A stretch of 64,000 bases of DNA. Origin: Eledone cirrhosa (Eukaryota). The notes beneath the pieces are model-generated. The model saw nothing but the letters and a program-made list of their open reading frames with translations. It ran no database searches and was not told where the DNA came from. Both the position numbers and the translations under genes were made by a program. The first letter of the stretch is position 1. The number at the start of each line of letters is the position of its first letter. Location: NCBI GenBank assembly GCA_964016885.1, contig OZ024740.1, positions 183,086,001 to 183,150,000 of the forward strand, written 5' to 3'. This document shows positions 26,114 to 39,666 of this stretch, piece after piece.

Positions 26114-28473
26114 CCACAATAATTTGAAGAGGAGCCGCTCTAAGATGGCGAAGCGCGAACGGGGGCAAGGGACGACTGTCAGACGGTAATAGATGACGTA
26201 CGCGATGTATGCGTTCGCCACCTCCGCCCGACCTTTCAGTGATAGCTTTATCGCAGCCCATTTCTGGGTAAGACTGGCTAACCCGCCCGTCACCTCGTCC
26301 CAATTCTTATCCACCTGGAGACCTGGCCCGAGCCAAACCCCGAGAAACTTTACCGGTCCGTCCGTCCACCGCCTAACGACGCTGTTGGACGGCATGGACT
26401 TGCCTCTCCAGGTGCCGAGTTGCAAGCCCACCGACATTCCGGGTTAAGTTTTGCTTCCGTCAACCTTTCATATTCCTCCAATAAGTTGCCGACCACCTCG
26501 ATTTCTGAGGTGTCCACAGGGTGATGTTGTCCGCATAAGCCGACACCGCCTTTCCGCGTCCCGGTTCGAGCGGGATACCTTGCAACAGCTCCAGCTTCCG
26601 CAGTAAAGCCTCGAGAGTCAATACGGACAGAGAGAGGGCAACCTTGACGGACCGATCGGGAGACCTGAAACGGTTCCGAGCAGGTGCCGCTGTGCATTGC
26701 AGCGATCCAGATTCTGAAGACGGGGCCGAAGCCAGCCGCCTTGAGGACAGCCTCCAGGTACCGATGGTCGACCCTATCGAATACTTTCGATTGATCTAAA
26801 TTGATCAGAGCCACACCAAAGCCAGGTTTACACCCCACCCTCTCTATGATGTATCGCATCAGCTGGAGGTTGTCGTGTATGGACCTGGTTGGGATTTGGG
26901 TTTTCCCTCATCTTCACTACTGGTAGATGAGGGGTTTGTGTCTGTAAGTGTGTCTGTGTGTGGGTTTATGTTTTTATTGGTGTGTGTATTTTAGGGGGGA
27001 GGGGAATTTGACAACTTTCCTCGTTTCCCCCCTGGGTGGTCAATGTTGGTGGTATGGTAGACTTTCTATTGGTGTTGTTCCTGGTGGTTTTGCCGGTGCT
27101 GGTGTTGGTTGTGGTCCTCTCCCCGGCGTCGGCAGCAGTGGAGCCCTTCGACCCCTTGCATCTTTCAGCAGTTGAGGGCAGAAGGCTCGCAAATTGGTTT
27201 TTTCCCCACAAACAAAACACTGCGGTCTTTTGCCCTCGGTCATAATATGAATGACCGTCCCACTCTGAATGCGGATGTGGTGCGGGATTGTCTTCACATT
27301 CTCGGGCCTGATCTGGAGAAGTATCTCCAGGTCAACCCCGGACCAGTCCTCTCTGGCAGTTCTTGTCACTTCTATCGGGACGGTATCCGTCCCCTGCACA
27401 ATCACACATCCCAGAAGCCACCACATGTCAAGTCCTGGTGGGATTCTGGGAATGCGGAGACGGGCCGTTCTTTTTCCCATGTGGCAGTGGTACATTATTA
27501 CCTTGCTGGTTTTGCAAGGAGTCACAGCGTGTTTCATAGCGAGGGATTCTGACTTAAACAGCACCGAAGTGGTGCCGTACTGTCTGCCCGTCTCTATGTA
27601 TTCGGTGTCTTCTCTGATGCACCTCAGCGCGACTTCAACATCTGTTTGTGAAATTAAAGCTGCCCTTTTGGTTTGTGCTGAGATGCATCTATAATGCACC
27701 GTTCTGCGCTCCACTGCATCAATAGCTTCTACCGGGACAGTTAAGTTGGCCCAGGTTTGCTCTTGCTTGATGAGCTTCCAGTCTTGGGCCAACTTTTCCT
27801 CTTTGTTTGAGAGGTCCATTTTGAAGCATGGCCTCTTTTTGGCTGCTGCCGCAGTGAAAGTGTTCTTCTTATTGTCGTTTGGGGTGTTGTTGTTGTTGTC
27901 GTTGTTCTTGTTGGTGTTGTTGTTGTTATCATTGTCGCTTTTATCATTGTTGTCTTTGGTGCCGCTGTTGTTCTCGGTGCAGTTGGTATTGTTGCTGTTG
28001 GTGTTTTCGCTATTTGTTTTCATGTTAGTGGTGTTGATATTGTTGTTGCATTGGTTGTCATTTTTTCTGTTATCTGCATTTTTTTGTCGGTATTACATTT
28101 ATTTTTTCAAAATTAGAATTCTCATTGTTGTTATCATTGCTGTCTTTGTTCACAATGTTTGTGGTGGTGTTTGTTGTATCAATTTATGTTAATTTCGCCG
28201 TAGCGCTCCTCTCAACTTTTACCTCGTTGTCGCACGACAGCAAACATATCGCTGGGAGGCCCAGCCATGTTTTTTGTTTTTTTTTCGATAATTTTTTTGA
28301 AATGTAAAATAGTTCAAATATTTGGGCCAAAAGGCCCAACTATTATTATTTCCTCTTCACAGGGCAAAGTCCAAGGGCTTTTATACCTTACACAACAACA
28401 AATTCAATAAATATGTTTTGACAGGTAAATAAATAAACTTACGAGAGCGAGCAAAAAGACGTCCGTTCAGACT
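26114..28473 (-). mobile_element. Tx1/L1-clade LINE, internally deleted and 3'-truncated
   Basis: 5' end gagtctgaacggacgtctttt, followed by ORF1 with a zinc knuckle. The ORF2 remnant has IHDNLQLMR, LINLDQSKVFDRVDH, RQGCPLS, KFLGVWLG and LSLKGR. The endonuclease region is missing (junction near 26895). Confidence 0.85.
27040..28023 (-). CDS. Tx1-like ORF1 (gag-like) protein with Asn-rich N-terminus and degenerate CCHC knuckle
   Basis: 327-aa ORF containing TFTAAAAK and GKRPQCFVCGEKTNLRAFCP (CX2CX4[H>N]X4C), upstream of the RT remnant. Confidence 0.7.
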   Translation of the reverse strand: MKTNSENTNSNNTNCTENNSGTKDNNDKSDNDNNNNTNKNNDNNNNTPNDNKKNTFTAAAAKKRPCFKMDLSNKEEKLAQDWKLIKQEQTWANLTVPVEAIDAVERRTVHYRCISAQTKRAALISQTDVEVALRCIREDTEYIETGRQYGTTSVLFKSESLAMKHAVTPCKTSKVIMYHCHMGKRTARLRIPRIPPGLDMWWLLGCVIVQGTDTVPIEVTRTAREDWSGVDLEILLQIRPENVKTIPHHIRIQSGTVIHIMTEGKRPQCFVCGEKTNLRAFCPQLLKDARGRRAPLLPTPGRGPQPTPAPAKPPGTTPIESLPYHQH

Positions 28474-28569
28474 CAATAACAATAATTACAATAATACACT
28501 AGTTTATGGGAATAACAATAATAATAGTTTAAATATGAATAATAGTAGAACACCTTTAAATAATAATAA

Positions 28570-28755
28570 TAATTGTTTCTACTTTTGGCACAAGGCCAGC
28601 AATTACCCAGTGCATTACTGGTACTTTATTTTATCGACCCCGTAAGGATGAAAGGCAAAGCCAACATCGGCGGGATTTGAACTCAGATCGTAAAGGGACA
28701 TAACTATGCTGGAAGCATGGCGTCCGACCCTCTACCGATACTGCCAATCCACCAA
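28570..28755 (-). mobile_element. tRNA-derived SINE
   Basis: Reverse complement of the SINE at 1246-1440. Confidence 0.85.
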
Positions 28756-29259
28756 CCTTGCCAATCCACCAATAATAATATGAATAGTTTAGGGTATAGA
28801 AATAACATCGAGAAGAAATGTAACTGTAGAAAGAAGTCAGAATGTCCCTTACAAAATAACTACCTTGACAAGAATCTAGATTATAAATGTACCATTAAGA
28901 CAAATATTAATATATACAACTACATTGGTGCAACTTCATTTAAAGTTAAGGCTCGTTGGTACAGTCATACAAATTCTTTTTCTAATCCAGATAAAAAATG
29001 TTCAACCTCACTCTCACAATTAATATGGGCTTTGAAGGACAAGCTTATTAAATACTCCATCTCTTGGACTCGGTTAACAAATGCCAATTCCTATCGAAAC
29101 GCTTCCATTTAGCTCAATTGCAATCTTTGCAATCTTGAGACTCTATTGATAATTACAAATTATGACAATTTATTTAACAAGAAAAATGAATTATTTAGCA
29201 GCTGCCAACATACATTCGGTAAAACATTCCAGGCATTGTACAAGTTTCTAAAAAATATT

Positions 29260-29444
29260 TGTTTCTACTTTAGGCACAAGGCCAGCAATTAACCAGTTCA
29301 TTACTCGTACTTTATTTTATCGACCCCGTAAGGATGAAAGGCAAAGTCAACCTCGGCGGGATTTGAACTCAGATCGTAAAGGGACGTAACTATGCTGGAA
29401 AGCATGGCGTCCGACCCTCTACCGATACTGCCAATCCACCGCCT
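29260..29444 (-). mobile_element. tRNA-derived SINE with 17-bp target-site duplication
   Basis: TSD agtttc(t/g)aaaaaatatt at 29243-29259 and 29445-29461. The empty site is visible in the left arm at about 25688-25704. Confidence 0.9.
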
Positions 29445-31392
29445 AGTTTCGAAAAAATATTGACAATTAATAATAATTTGTAAAAAATATATATTTAATT
29501 TTTTGCCTTACTGGGGTAATAATTTATGGATGTTTTATCTATTAGAATAATTTCATTATGAGTCTTTGTATCCTAGGTTTTGTTTAGGACAGTTCAATAT
29601 TTAACTTGACAATTGTTAATTTATGGTTTAGAATTATCACTAGATTTCAGAGTAGTTAAATGTTCACATATGGTGAATGAGGTATCTTCCTTTTGTTTAC
29701 ATTCTTTCGTAAATATTTTTATTCTGTTTGAATAGCTTACTAAATTATATTTGACATGAATTATGTAGTTTAATAATATAAGAATATCTTTAAAAGGAAA
29801 CTATAATAATATGTAATTACAGAAGTAAATATAAATTAACGGAATAAAACTTTTGAGGGTAAATATAACAGCAATTTAACCCTGTAATTATATGATAATT
29901 AAAGAATAGAAATGAATTTATAAAGTAAATAACTTATTTAAATAAAATAATTCGGCTAAAAATGATCTTAATATATTATATATATTGATGGTGATATATG
30001 CAGGTATTTTAATATATATTTTAAATGCATATTTAATAATTATTTAAATTTGTTTTAAAGATAAAACTTTTTTAAAGTTGTAACAAAATACTTAAGGAAA
30101 ATATTACTTAAACTAAAATTATAATCTATAATGAGTTAAATTAAATTATATAAATTTTTAATTAAACCAATTATGTGACGGCTATAAAAAGTAATGTATA
30201 TTGACTAATTTTGATATAATATATAAGTATAATTAGCTTAACCATAATCAAATACAGGAGATATTCAATGGTTTATGGTAATTGATTGGTTGCCTCAATT
30301 GACCTAATATTTGAAAACAACGGTTTTTTCTATATATCCCAAAATAATTGTTATGTTCCCTCTCTTTTGTCGTTATTACTCCTTTCTTCCTCCTCTATTC
30401 ATCCATCCTTTTACTTATTTTTATTCATTTAAATGTATGTATTTTTTTTTCTTTAATTATTTCTTTATTTATTTTTCTTGCCTTCCTCCTCTGTACACCC
30501 TCTCTTATATCTCTAATGCGCTCCACGTCCTTTTCTTCTTTATGTTCATAATATTATTATTTGTGGTATATAAATGTTGAGATTTGTTGAAATAAATCAC
30601 TGCCAATACTGGAATTGAAATATCAAGACCGTAGATGTATGTCATATATCAAATCATATATTTTATCTGACGAGGACGTACTGAAAAAACAACAAAGTAC
30701 CTTCGAAATAAGACAATTATTCCATTTACCAAAGGTTTCACGAAGACAGACGTCTGAAATCGTTTCCTACGGAAACACTTAATGTATATATATTATCGCC
30801 ATCATCGCTGATTTACATCCATTCTTCCGCACTGACATGGGTTAGATGAGTTAGATAAGTTGTCCTGTTGTGGACAATGTTAGGTTAGGTGACGATGTCT
30901 TGCTTATATAGAACTGGTTTTTGCTTGGTGTCTGCAGCGAGATGCCCTTCCTAATGCCAACCTTATTTACAGTGTGTACTGGAGCTTTTTGTCAAGACAC
31001 CTTCACAACCACTTTACAGTGCAGGCTGGGTACTTTTTGCCGTGTCACCATCACGACCACTTTACAGTGTGGGCTTTGGGCTTCGCTGGATACACACTAT
31101 GGCCTGTCCTCATGCGAGATGTATGGGAGGGTGGGATGGTGCATACTATATATATGCTTCATCTTGTGCCCATGAGAAGTCAAGTTTTCTGTATCACTGC
31201 GTAATGCCAGAGATCTTGGTCCTGTGTCATCACTCAATGAACGATCTATTAATGATGAAACCTGACTCTGGAATAGGAAACTCCTCAGATATGTTTTAAC
31301 ATATAGACTCCCCACAACATTGCGGGCTCACCTGGCATACCACCTATGGATGCAATAAACTTGCACCTTCACACCTACATGTATATACATAT

Positions 31393-31449
<57 letters not shown>

Positions 31450-31634
31450 ATCTAATAGATTTTCTTTTTCTTTACATCATTATTATCATTGTCATAACTA
31501 TAATATGTTTTAGCCTGTTCTTCAATAGGTAAATATTACGCCCTTCCATTCAGGATCTATTGCACATCACATCACATGAACACACCTGATTGATGCTTGT
31601 AAATATGATCCACTCTCTTAACTGACATTTTACT

Positions 31635-31910
31635 TCACCCTTTTGATACCAACCATTTGAAACCACTCCTGATTCTATGATATTAAGCTGTTTGTATTAA
31701 AGTATTTAGATTTCTCTAAAAATTTAATTTTCATAATTTTAATTTAATCATCATAATTTTATGTAAGATCCTGAAAGTGATGTCCCAATACAAACTCAAT
31801 AATGAGAAAGCTGGTAATAATATTAAGTCTTTCCAAATTCTTAATTATTTTCAAAATATTTGAAAACAATAGTCTGTGTCTCATGAGAATTGTGGTGATG
31901 AAAGGGTTAA
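31635..31910. mobile_element. piggyBac-like MITE
   Basis: Termini cccttttgatacca...ggtgatgaaagggTTAA. A related copy starts at about 5313 (TTAAcccttttgataccaa) and shares the internal aataatgagaaag...ttccaaattct sequence. Confidence 0.5.
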
Positions 31911-32214
31911 CACTACACATCCAATAGATAATATTATGTTATGCTGATCAATACACCATTCTTCATACAGTTCATTTCATAAGTACTCTAATTTCAAGCT
32001 AGTCTTATACTTGTAAAACACATAAACTGGTTATTTTGTGATGCCAAATCTTTGCACTGAACATGCGGCATTAAGTTCCTGCTAAATTTCCTTGTACATA
32101 GTGAACAAAGAAACTTTCCAGACTACACTGATATATTATGGTTGCTGTAATTCATTCATATTTATCCAGTTGACTTTTAAACCTTTGGACTCTCTACCAT
32201 ATTTCTTGGATTTA

Positions 32215-32279
<65 letters not shown>

Positions 32280-33671
32280 TATGAAATGATAATAATAATA
32301 AATATAATAATAATAATATATACACAGCATAAGATTAACCTATTGAAATGGAATAATAATAATATGTAGCAAACTGCCTAGAAATAGATTCTACAGAAGA
32401 AACAAGTTATCAGCTTATAAAAGTTCCCAAGGACATTCAGTTGTGGAATTCTGTCATAACCTCAGAAATCTGATCTTAATTGAGACATGAACAAACTATT
32501 GAGACGTGAACAAATTACTTGGCAAAGTTAAAAAGAAAACGGTTTTATCTCTACCTAATCAAAGCATTGAGAGAGATATATTCTTGGCAGGCCAAAAAGG
32601 TCAAAACATTCCATTTTGCATTTGTGAATATATGTGTGTATATACACAAACTCATTGCAGGTTTTTGATTTCATCTTATCTGAGTGCAGTGCATAAATAT
32701 GGCCATTTTATGATAATGCATCAGACATCAGAGATTAGTCTTGTACTTTTACTTCTAATCAAAAATGCATTCTATCAAGGCAAAGGATATTACATGGTTA
32801 AAACATGTGTTCACTTACTCTTCTTGCAATTTCTTATTAGTTTATATCTAATAATAAGGGATAAACTAAAAACTGTTTAGTTAAGGAATATGATGTTTCT
32901 TTCCATTCCATTTTTCTTTTATATTGGTCCAATACAGGGCATTCTCACTTCTGATCGAGAAACACCTCCCTGGTTGAACTTCACCACCTTCTGTTTAGTT
33001 TTGCTTATGTGTAGCCGTACTCACTGTTCTTGGCAAATTGCAGGTTGGTGAGAATATTTTATCCATAGCTGGGGTGGATGAATATTGACTATGAGGAGTT
33101 CATCTGCTCTTCAACAGCTCTTGCTACTTTGGGCTATTGGAGTACCACTTACCCCCCTCACCAAACCAGGGTCTAGTGGTGGAGGCGGTTTAATCAATCA
33201 CCACTTGAGCATGAAGCAGGTTGCACATAGTTATTGAGATTATAATTGATTTAATTGACACCAATGTGTGATTGTTGGTTCATGTTATCAACCATAGAAA
33301 TATAAAAATCAAGAATGGATTTTCCAGGATTTGATATGACAATGTAAAAAGAAAATTAAACAACCCTTAGTACTGCAATCCAATATCTTCATGTTTACCA
33401 ACCATTGCCCCTCCCTGCCTCACACTTCCAGGAAACAATAAATATATAGAGGAAGAGTATAATTGAAACAAATAAACTTGAGGTGGGGATTTGGCAGAGT
33501 TGAGAGAACATTGGACAAAATGCGTTGCAGTATTTGTTTTGGCGCTCAGCCTGTTAAGCTTAAATCCCATATATACCAATTTTGCTATCATACATATGAT
33601 GTTGATAAGAAATGTACCACTACAGTACTAGAGTCACTAATATCTCTCTCTATATATACTATATATATATT

Positions 33672-33704
<33 letters not shown>

Positions 33705-33804
33705 AATATATATGTATACGATGTACATATATACACAATATATATATATATACGCATATATATATAAATACACATATATGTATATACATATATATATATA
33801 CACT

Positions 33805-33839
<35 letters not shown>

Positions 33840-33954
33840 GAAAAGTATAGAAATTGTTGTAGCGAGAAGCTAACAGTGTATTCCATATATATATATACAC
33901 ATATATATATACACTCATATATATATACAATATATATATATATATAGGGAGATG

Positions 33955-34315
33955 CTTCATCTGTTGACAAAAAAAAGATTTTTCCCTGCGTACGAAAGGT
34001 CAGTTATATGATGCCTGTATTAGATGTGCGATGCTGGATGAGAATGAGACATGGGCGGCAACTACAGAGGATTTACGTCGGTAGAAGAGAAATGAAGTAA
34101 GCATGCTCAAGTTGGAGGTGAAATGTCAATGTGCGTGAATTGAGAGAGAAACTGTGTATGAGAGGGATATGTTGTGGTGTGCGGGAGAGAAGACTCAGAT
34201 GGCTGAAGCTTATGGAGGAGATGACAAAGGACCGTGACGAGTGGAGAGATGCTATGCTGAATAGGACCCGTCCCACCCTAGCAAGCATGAAAAAGCGGAC
34301 GTAAAATGATGAGGA
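33955..34315 (+). mobile_element. RTE LINE 3' fragment
   Basis: MTKDRDEWRDAMLNRTRPT plus the 3' end aagcggacgtaaaatgatga shared with other RTE copies. Confidence 0.7.
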
Positions 34316-35935
34316 TAATATATAAATATTTTATATGTATATATATTATATATATATATATATATTATATATATGAACATATATATATTATATATATCAT
34401 ATATATATATTATATATATCATATATATATATTATATATATTATATATTATATATATCATATATATCATATATATATATCATATATATATATATATTAAA
34501 TATATATTATATATATATATTCTATATATATATACATAATATATATATATTTCATATATCATATATATATATTATATATATATTATATATATCATCATCA
34601 TCATCATCATCATCATTTTACGTCCGCTTTTCCCTGCTTGCAAGGGTATCAAATATATATATATTTTTTTTACGTCCGCTTTTTCCCTGTTGCAAGGGTG
34701 GGATGGGAACTGATTCTTGCTTGATTTCTACAGCTGGATGCCCTTCCTAACACCAACCTCATTTACAGTGAGTGCTGGGTGCTTTTTTTGCCGTGGCATC
34801 TCCACGACCACTTTGGAGTGGAATGATAGGGACTCCAGTCCCTATCATCTCATTTCTACAGCTGAGTAAACTGGAGCAATTTGAAATAAAGTGTCTTGCT
34901 CAAGGAAACAACACATCACCCGGTCTGAGAATTGAACTCACAACCTTTCGATTGCAAAGCCAATGCTCTAACCACTATCATATATATATATTATATATAT
35001 CATATATATATATATTATATGTATCATATATATATATTATATATATCATATATATATATTATATATATTTTCTATATATATTATATATATCATATATATA
35101 TTATATATATATTTTATATATATATTATATATATCATATATTTATTATATATATATTATATATCATATATATATATATTATATATATCATATATATATAT
35201 ATTATATATATCATATATATATATATATTATATATATCATATATATCATCATCATCATCATCATCATCATCGTTTAACGTCCGTGTTCCACGCTTGCATG
35301 GGTTTGGACGGGAGTTTTCCCACTTGAGGCAAGAGTGATTGTCTTGCTCGCATAGGACTGTCTGGCGGGTTTTCTACAGCTGGATGCCCTTCCTAACACC
35401 AACCACATTTACAATGTGGGGCTGGGAGGTGTTTACCGTGTTGCCTACACGGCCACATTACAGCGTGGACTGTGTGTTTTTTTTTGTCGTGACACCTACA
35501 CGATCTCATTACTTTCGGCCTGGATGTTGTGGCACCAACATAACTCTACATTGTGGATGGGGTGTGGATGGGGTGGTGGTGGTGGGACGGGGGTGTATTT
35601 TGTTAGAGATGCCTACTGACTGTAGTAGGTTTTACTTTGTATATATATTATATATATCATATATATATATTATATATATATCATATATATATATATTATA
35701 TATATATCATATATATATATATTATATATATCATATATTATATATATCATATATATATATATTATATATATATATCATATATATATATATTATATATATA
35801 TATCATATATATATTATATATATATTATATATATATATGATATATATCATATATATATATATTATATACATCATATATATATATATTGTATATATATCAT
35901 ATATATATATATATTATATATATATTTATTTTTCA
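34316..35935. repeat. Degenerate (TA)n/(ATATATATC) microsatellite field with embedded RTE 3' UTR fragments (34590-34820, 35245-35640) and a SINE fragment
   Basis: Seen directly. 35245-35640 is near-identical to 43878-44480. Confidence 0.85.
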
Positions 35936-36449
35936 TTCGTTTAATCATGGCCGAAATTCTAGGATTTTATAAAATAACCTTCTCTGCTCCCTCCTATTCT
36001 TCACCCCCCCCCCCTATATCCTGCTGGTTCTCTCTCAATCCCTTCTTCTCTCTCCAAATATAAATTAAACCTGTTGCGAGTATGAAACTCAGAATTCATC
36101 AATCCCTATTCCTGGCTAGGCTGCTCACTCGCTTGGCTAAATGTAATGTACAAATGCTATTTTCTTTACTCTGCTCTCCATTTTTACCCCGGTCCATTCA
36201 TCTATCTGTATCATTTCGTCCAGAATCCAATCTTTGCTTTTTCAATGCTATTCGATAATTCTGTCTGATTGTTCAAAACAATCTTCTTGTATTTTTAAAT
36301 TCCCATAATTCTTCTCTTATTACTGTTATATATGCTTGTTCAATTATGCCCAAAATTCGAGGATTTTATTTAAACCTTCTCGTTAACTACCCCATATCCC
36401 ACCTACCCGCCCCCACTCACCACCATTATTACGTGGACCAATCATAAGT

Positions 36450-37495
36450 CAGCGGCCTGTGCTATCACTTCTTAAGTTTAGACCTGGTTGCCTTTCGATA
36501 TGATGGATGGATTACGGAATTTTGGAGATGAAAAGAAAAAATCTGGACACTCAGTGACAATGCCAAAGATAAAGACAAATTCACCGGACGAGAATGCAAG
36601 GACTCCTCCATTTTATTTCGGCCGCGGATGGCTAACATAACCCCCCTCCCGGGCGCCCCACCTTCCAAACGCAATCCAAAATTTCAGAGTTGGTACCATG
36701 AATGTAGGCACCATAAAAGGTCGCTGTCACGAGGTTGTAGAAATGCTTGAACGTAAGGTCGTCGATGTTTGCTGTATTCAAGAGACCAGGTGGAGAGGAG
36801 AGGGGGATCTGCTAGATTAATTGTGGGTAAAAAACGATGTTATAAGCTTTTCTGGGTGGGAAATGACAATGGGCTGGGTGGAGTAGGTTTCATGATAGCA
36901 GAAAAGTGGGCAGATAAGATAATAGACGTAAATAGAGTGAACGACAGAATAATTCAAGTAAGACTTGTCCTCAATAGAACTACTGTGACAATAATATCTG
37001 CATATGCACCCCAATCCGGACTGCCTGGCGTTATAAAAGACAGATTCTATGAGTCGTTAATGCTCACTACCTCCCAAATAGCCGACAGTGACTACATAAT
37101 TATCGCTGGCGACCTAAATGGTCACGTTGGACAACATTGTGACGGCTTTGACGCAATCCATGGAGGCCATGGTTTTGGTATTAGAAATGAGGAAGGCTCC
37201 AGAATCCTGGAATTCTGTCACGCAAGTAACCTAACTATCTGTAACACTAACTTCAAAAAAACGAGACAATCACTTGGCCACCTATAGATCAGGGGAACAC
37301 ACCAGCCATATAGATTATATCCTTACCAGAAGACGTGACAGAGTGTCTGTTGTAAACACTAAATCCCTCCCCCATGAAGAATGCACCTCGCAACATAGAC
37401 TCATACGTAGCGACCTCATAGTGAGGACGAGACGTACTCGACAACAGAGGAGGACTTATCTCAGGAGAAAAATATGGAAGCTAAAGGACCCCACA
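36450..37495 (+). mobile_element. RTE LINE 5' part (APE endonuclease), frameshifted and 3'-truncated
   Basis: RVGTMNVGTIKGR, DVCCIQETRWRG, GVGFMI, ISAYAPQ, IAGDLNGHVG, GFGIRNEEG, HIDYIL, SQHRLI. Confidence 0.88.
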
Positions 37496-37569
37496 GCCGT
37501 AAAGGGACGTAATTGTACTGCAAAGCATGGCGTCCGACCCTCTACCGATACTGCCAATCCACCGCCCTC

Positions 37570-38127
37570 GGCAGTCGAGATAAACTCTTTGCGTTTGTTC
37601 TGAAAAGAAAAACAAAGAAAATGGTCTATCCTGAAGTGCTTTAGAGTTAACAAAAAAATTGATTACAGCTCTGCCTTGACTTCACCTTACTGATTACAAA
37701 ACATACCAATGAATATGTCATGCAGGATGTTTTGGATTATAAGTTAAAAAATTTAACCATACACAGCAAAGGATGCTCTCAAAGAATAGATTTTCTCTTA
37801 TTCTACTCTCATTGTTTTTTTGTTTGTATACAACTCTGCTTTCATTACAACTTTTTGTACTTTAGCAAAACTGCCTGTTTTTTTTACAGATTTGCAAAGT
37901 GTATTGTCTTTAATAATTTGTATAACTACATCCTGTTCAGTGTTTTCCTTCATTATCAACATAGTTTTATGTGTACAAAGATTGCACTAAATATTCGTTT
38001 GCATTAATAATTGAAGACTTCTGCTTATTTTGACAGGTTGGGGACAAATAATGTTCTTCTTTTACTTCCTGGCTGTATATTCTTAGCATAATTTCAAATC
38101 CCGTGCAACGCCGGGTAAATCTGCTAG
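37570..38127 (+). mobile_element. Helitron-like 3' terminal fragment
   Basis: Subterminal GC hairpin cccgtgcaacgccggg followed by CTAG|T at 38124-38128. The 5' boundary is uncertain. Confidence 0.55.
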
Positions 38128-38169
38128 TCATATATATATATATATATATATATATTATTTATATCATAT

Positions 38170-39344
38170 ATCACCGCGCCTGGTCATATGAGCAGACTAC
38201 AACCACAGAGATCATTAATTTAGAATCCTCGCTCATCATCTATAATTTCCATTTGTAGCACCTTAAGATGGGTTAATCCACCATAATAATATGATCACCT
38301 TCAGCATAACTTAGTTAAACTACTCTATAGTTAATACACTTTATGCTTTAAAAGTCTCTCTTGGAAGGTGCACTTCACCATAGAATTTAGGGTCTATATT
38401 GGGACACATTTTAATGGCTAGATATAGAAACCCCAGAGTTACCTCCCCGCATGCATTAACTCCGCTTAGCCACACACACACTTCCGGTATTCAATGGCGT
38501 TTCTCGAAACGTAACAACCTCCTGTATCGAACTAAAGAACACCAGACTACGATCTCTAACTGGATTGTCGTGGATTATGTGAAAGGCATATAATCGAAAT
38601 ATACACTCCCTTGACCATGAAAATGCCGAAGTACATGAATTACTTGACATCCCTGCGCTGTGCATCTCCAATACTTATAACACTTCTAATGCTTGCACTA
38701 TCTTTAATGCTTATAATATTTCTCCACACACAGACTATATCAATCATGTAAAGATTTTGCCACCAGATCTACCAACCTAACACTCTTATTTACCTACCTA
38801 AGTGCCTCTACCACACATATCTCTCTGCCACACTATATAAACAAGACGCACATGCGTGCCACACATATAACCTTTGCACTATATAACCACTTATCTTCAT
38901 GTTGTACTTTAACCTATATCTTTGATTTTTGATTGTACCTATTAATATAAATGTAATCTCGAAGTGTGTACTGCCACTCTAAATTCTGTAATGAATGTTG
39001 ACCCACAATGTTTGAATATGTATCAATGTTTGAATATGTGTTGGTATGTCTCTCGGCTGAAAAGGAGGTCATATAACTGTCCATGCATTAATAAATTGCT
39101 CCGAAGAATCCAAACCTCGGTTTGGAGGAAACAGCTGTAAGCACAATAATGTTTTGAACAGTTCTTTGATTCTTATATTTCATATAACTGCTCTGTAAAT
39201 CATCTGATGTTTTTACATTGAGGTACTTAAATTACTGGTAATAAGGTAGTAATACATTACTGCCTACCACTATTTAGGGTGTGTGTAAAATACTTACAAC
39301 TGCTTAAGATTTTGTATTTACATAACCATAAATAGTATAACTAA

Positions 39345-39348
<4 letters not shown>
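38170..39348 (+). mobile_element. Non-coding PLE 3' UTR/pLTR (family B, related to the element at 54053-58320)
   Basis: Shares agttacctcccc...cacttccgg, the hammerhead motif and the 3' terminus (tacataaccataaatagta...taatac-TA) with 57370-58320. Flanked by TA tracts. Confidence 0.7.
39096..39146 (+). ncRNA. Hammerhead variant (CCGAAGA core)
   Basis: tgct-CCGAAGA-a-tccaaacc-tc-ggtttgga-g-GAAA-cagctg-TA-agca. Confidence 0.65.
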
Positions 39349-39384
<36 letters not shown>

Positions 39385-39511
39385 TATATCATATATATAT
39401 ATGTATATATATATATTATATATATATATATATCATATATTTCATATATATATATCATATATTTCATATATATATCATATATATCATATATATATCATAT
39501 ATATCATATAT

Positions 39512-39550
<39 letters not shown>

Positions 39551-39634
39551 TATATCTCATATATATATATATATCATATATATCATATATATATCATATA
39601 TATATATATTATATATAATATATATATATATTAT

Positions 39635-39666
<32 letters not shown>

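Larger units (their letters stand above)
28475..30710 (+). mobile_element. Penelope-like element family A, right arm (Asn-rich linker, CNC, GIY-YIG, 3' UTR), interrupted by two SINEs
   Basis: ORF 28717-29112 has KKCNCRKKSECPL...YIGATS...ARWYSH. The 3' UTR is an inverted near-identical copy of 24390-25700. A hammerhead core at 30667-30708 is truncated after GAAATA. Confidence 0.85.

Noticed and set aside
33463-35944. Many ORFs rich in YI/IY/CV repeats (also at 21-23 kb, 39 kb, 43 kb, 52 kb and 60-63 kb)
   Set aside because: They are translations of stop-free (TA)n/(CA)n microsatellites, not genes.
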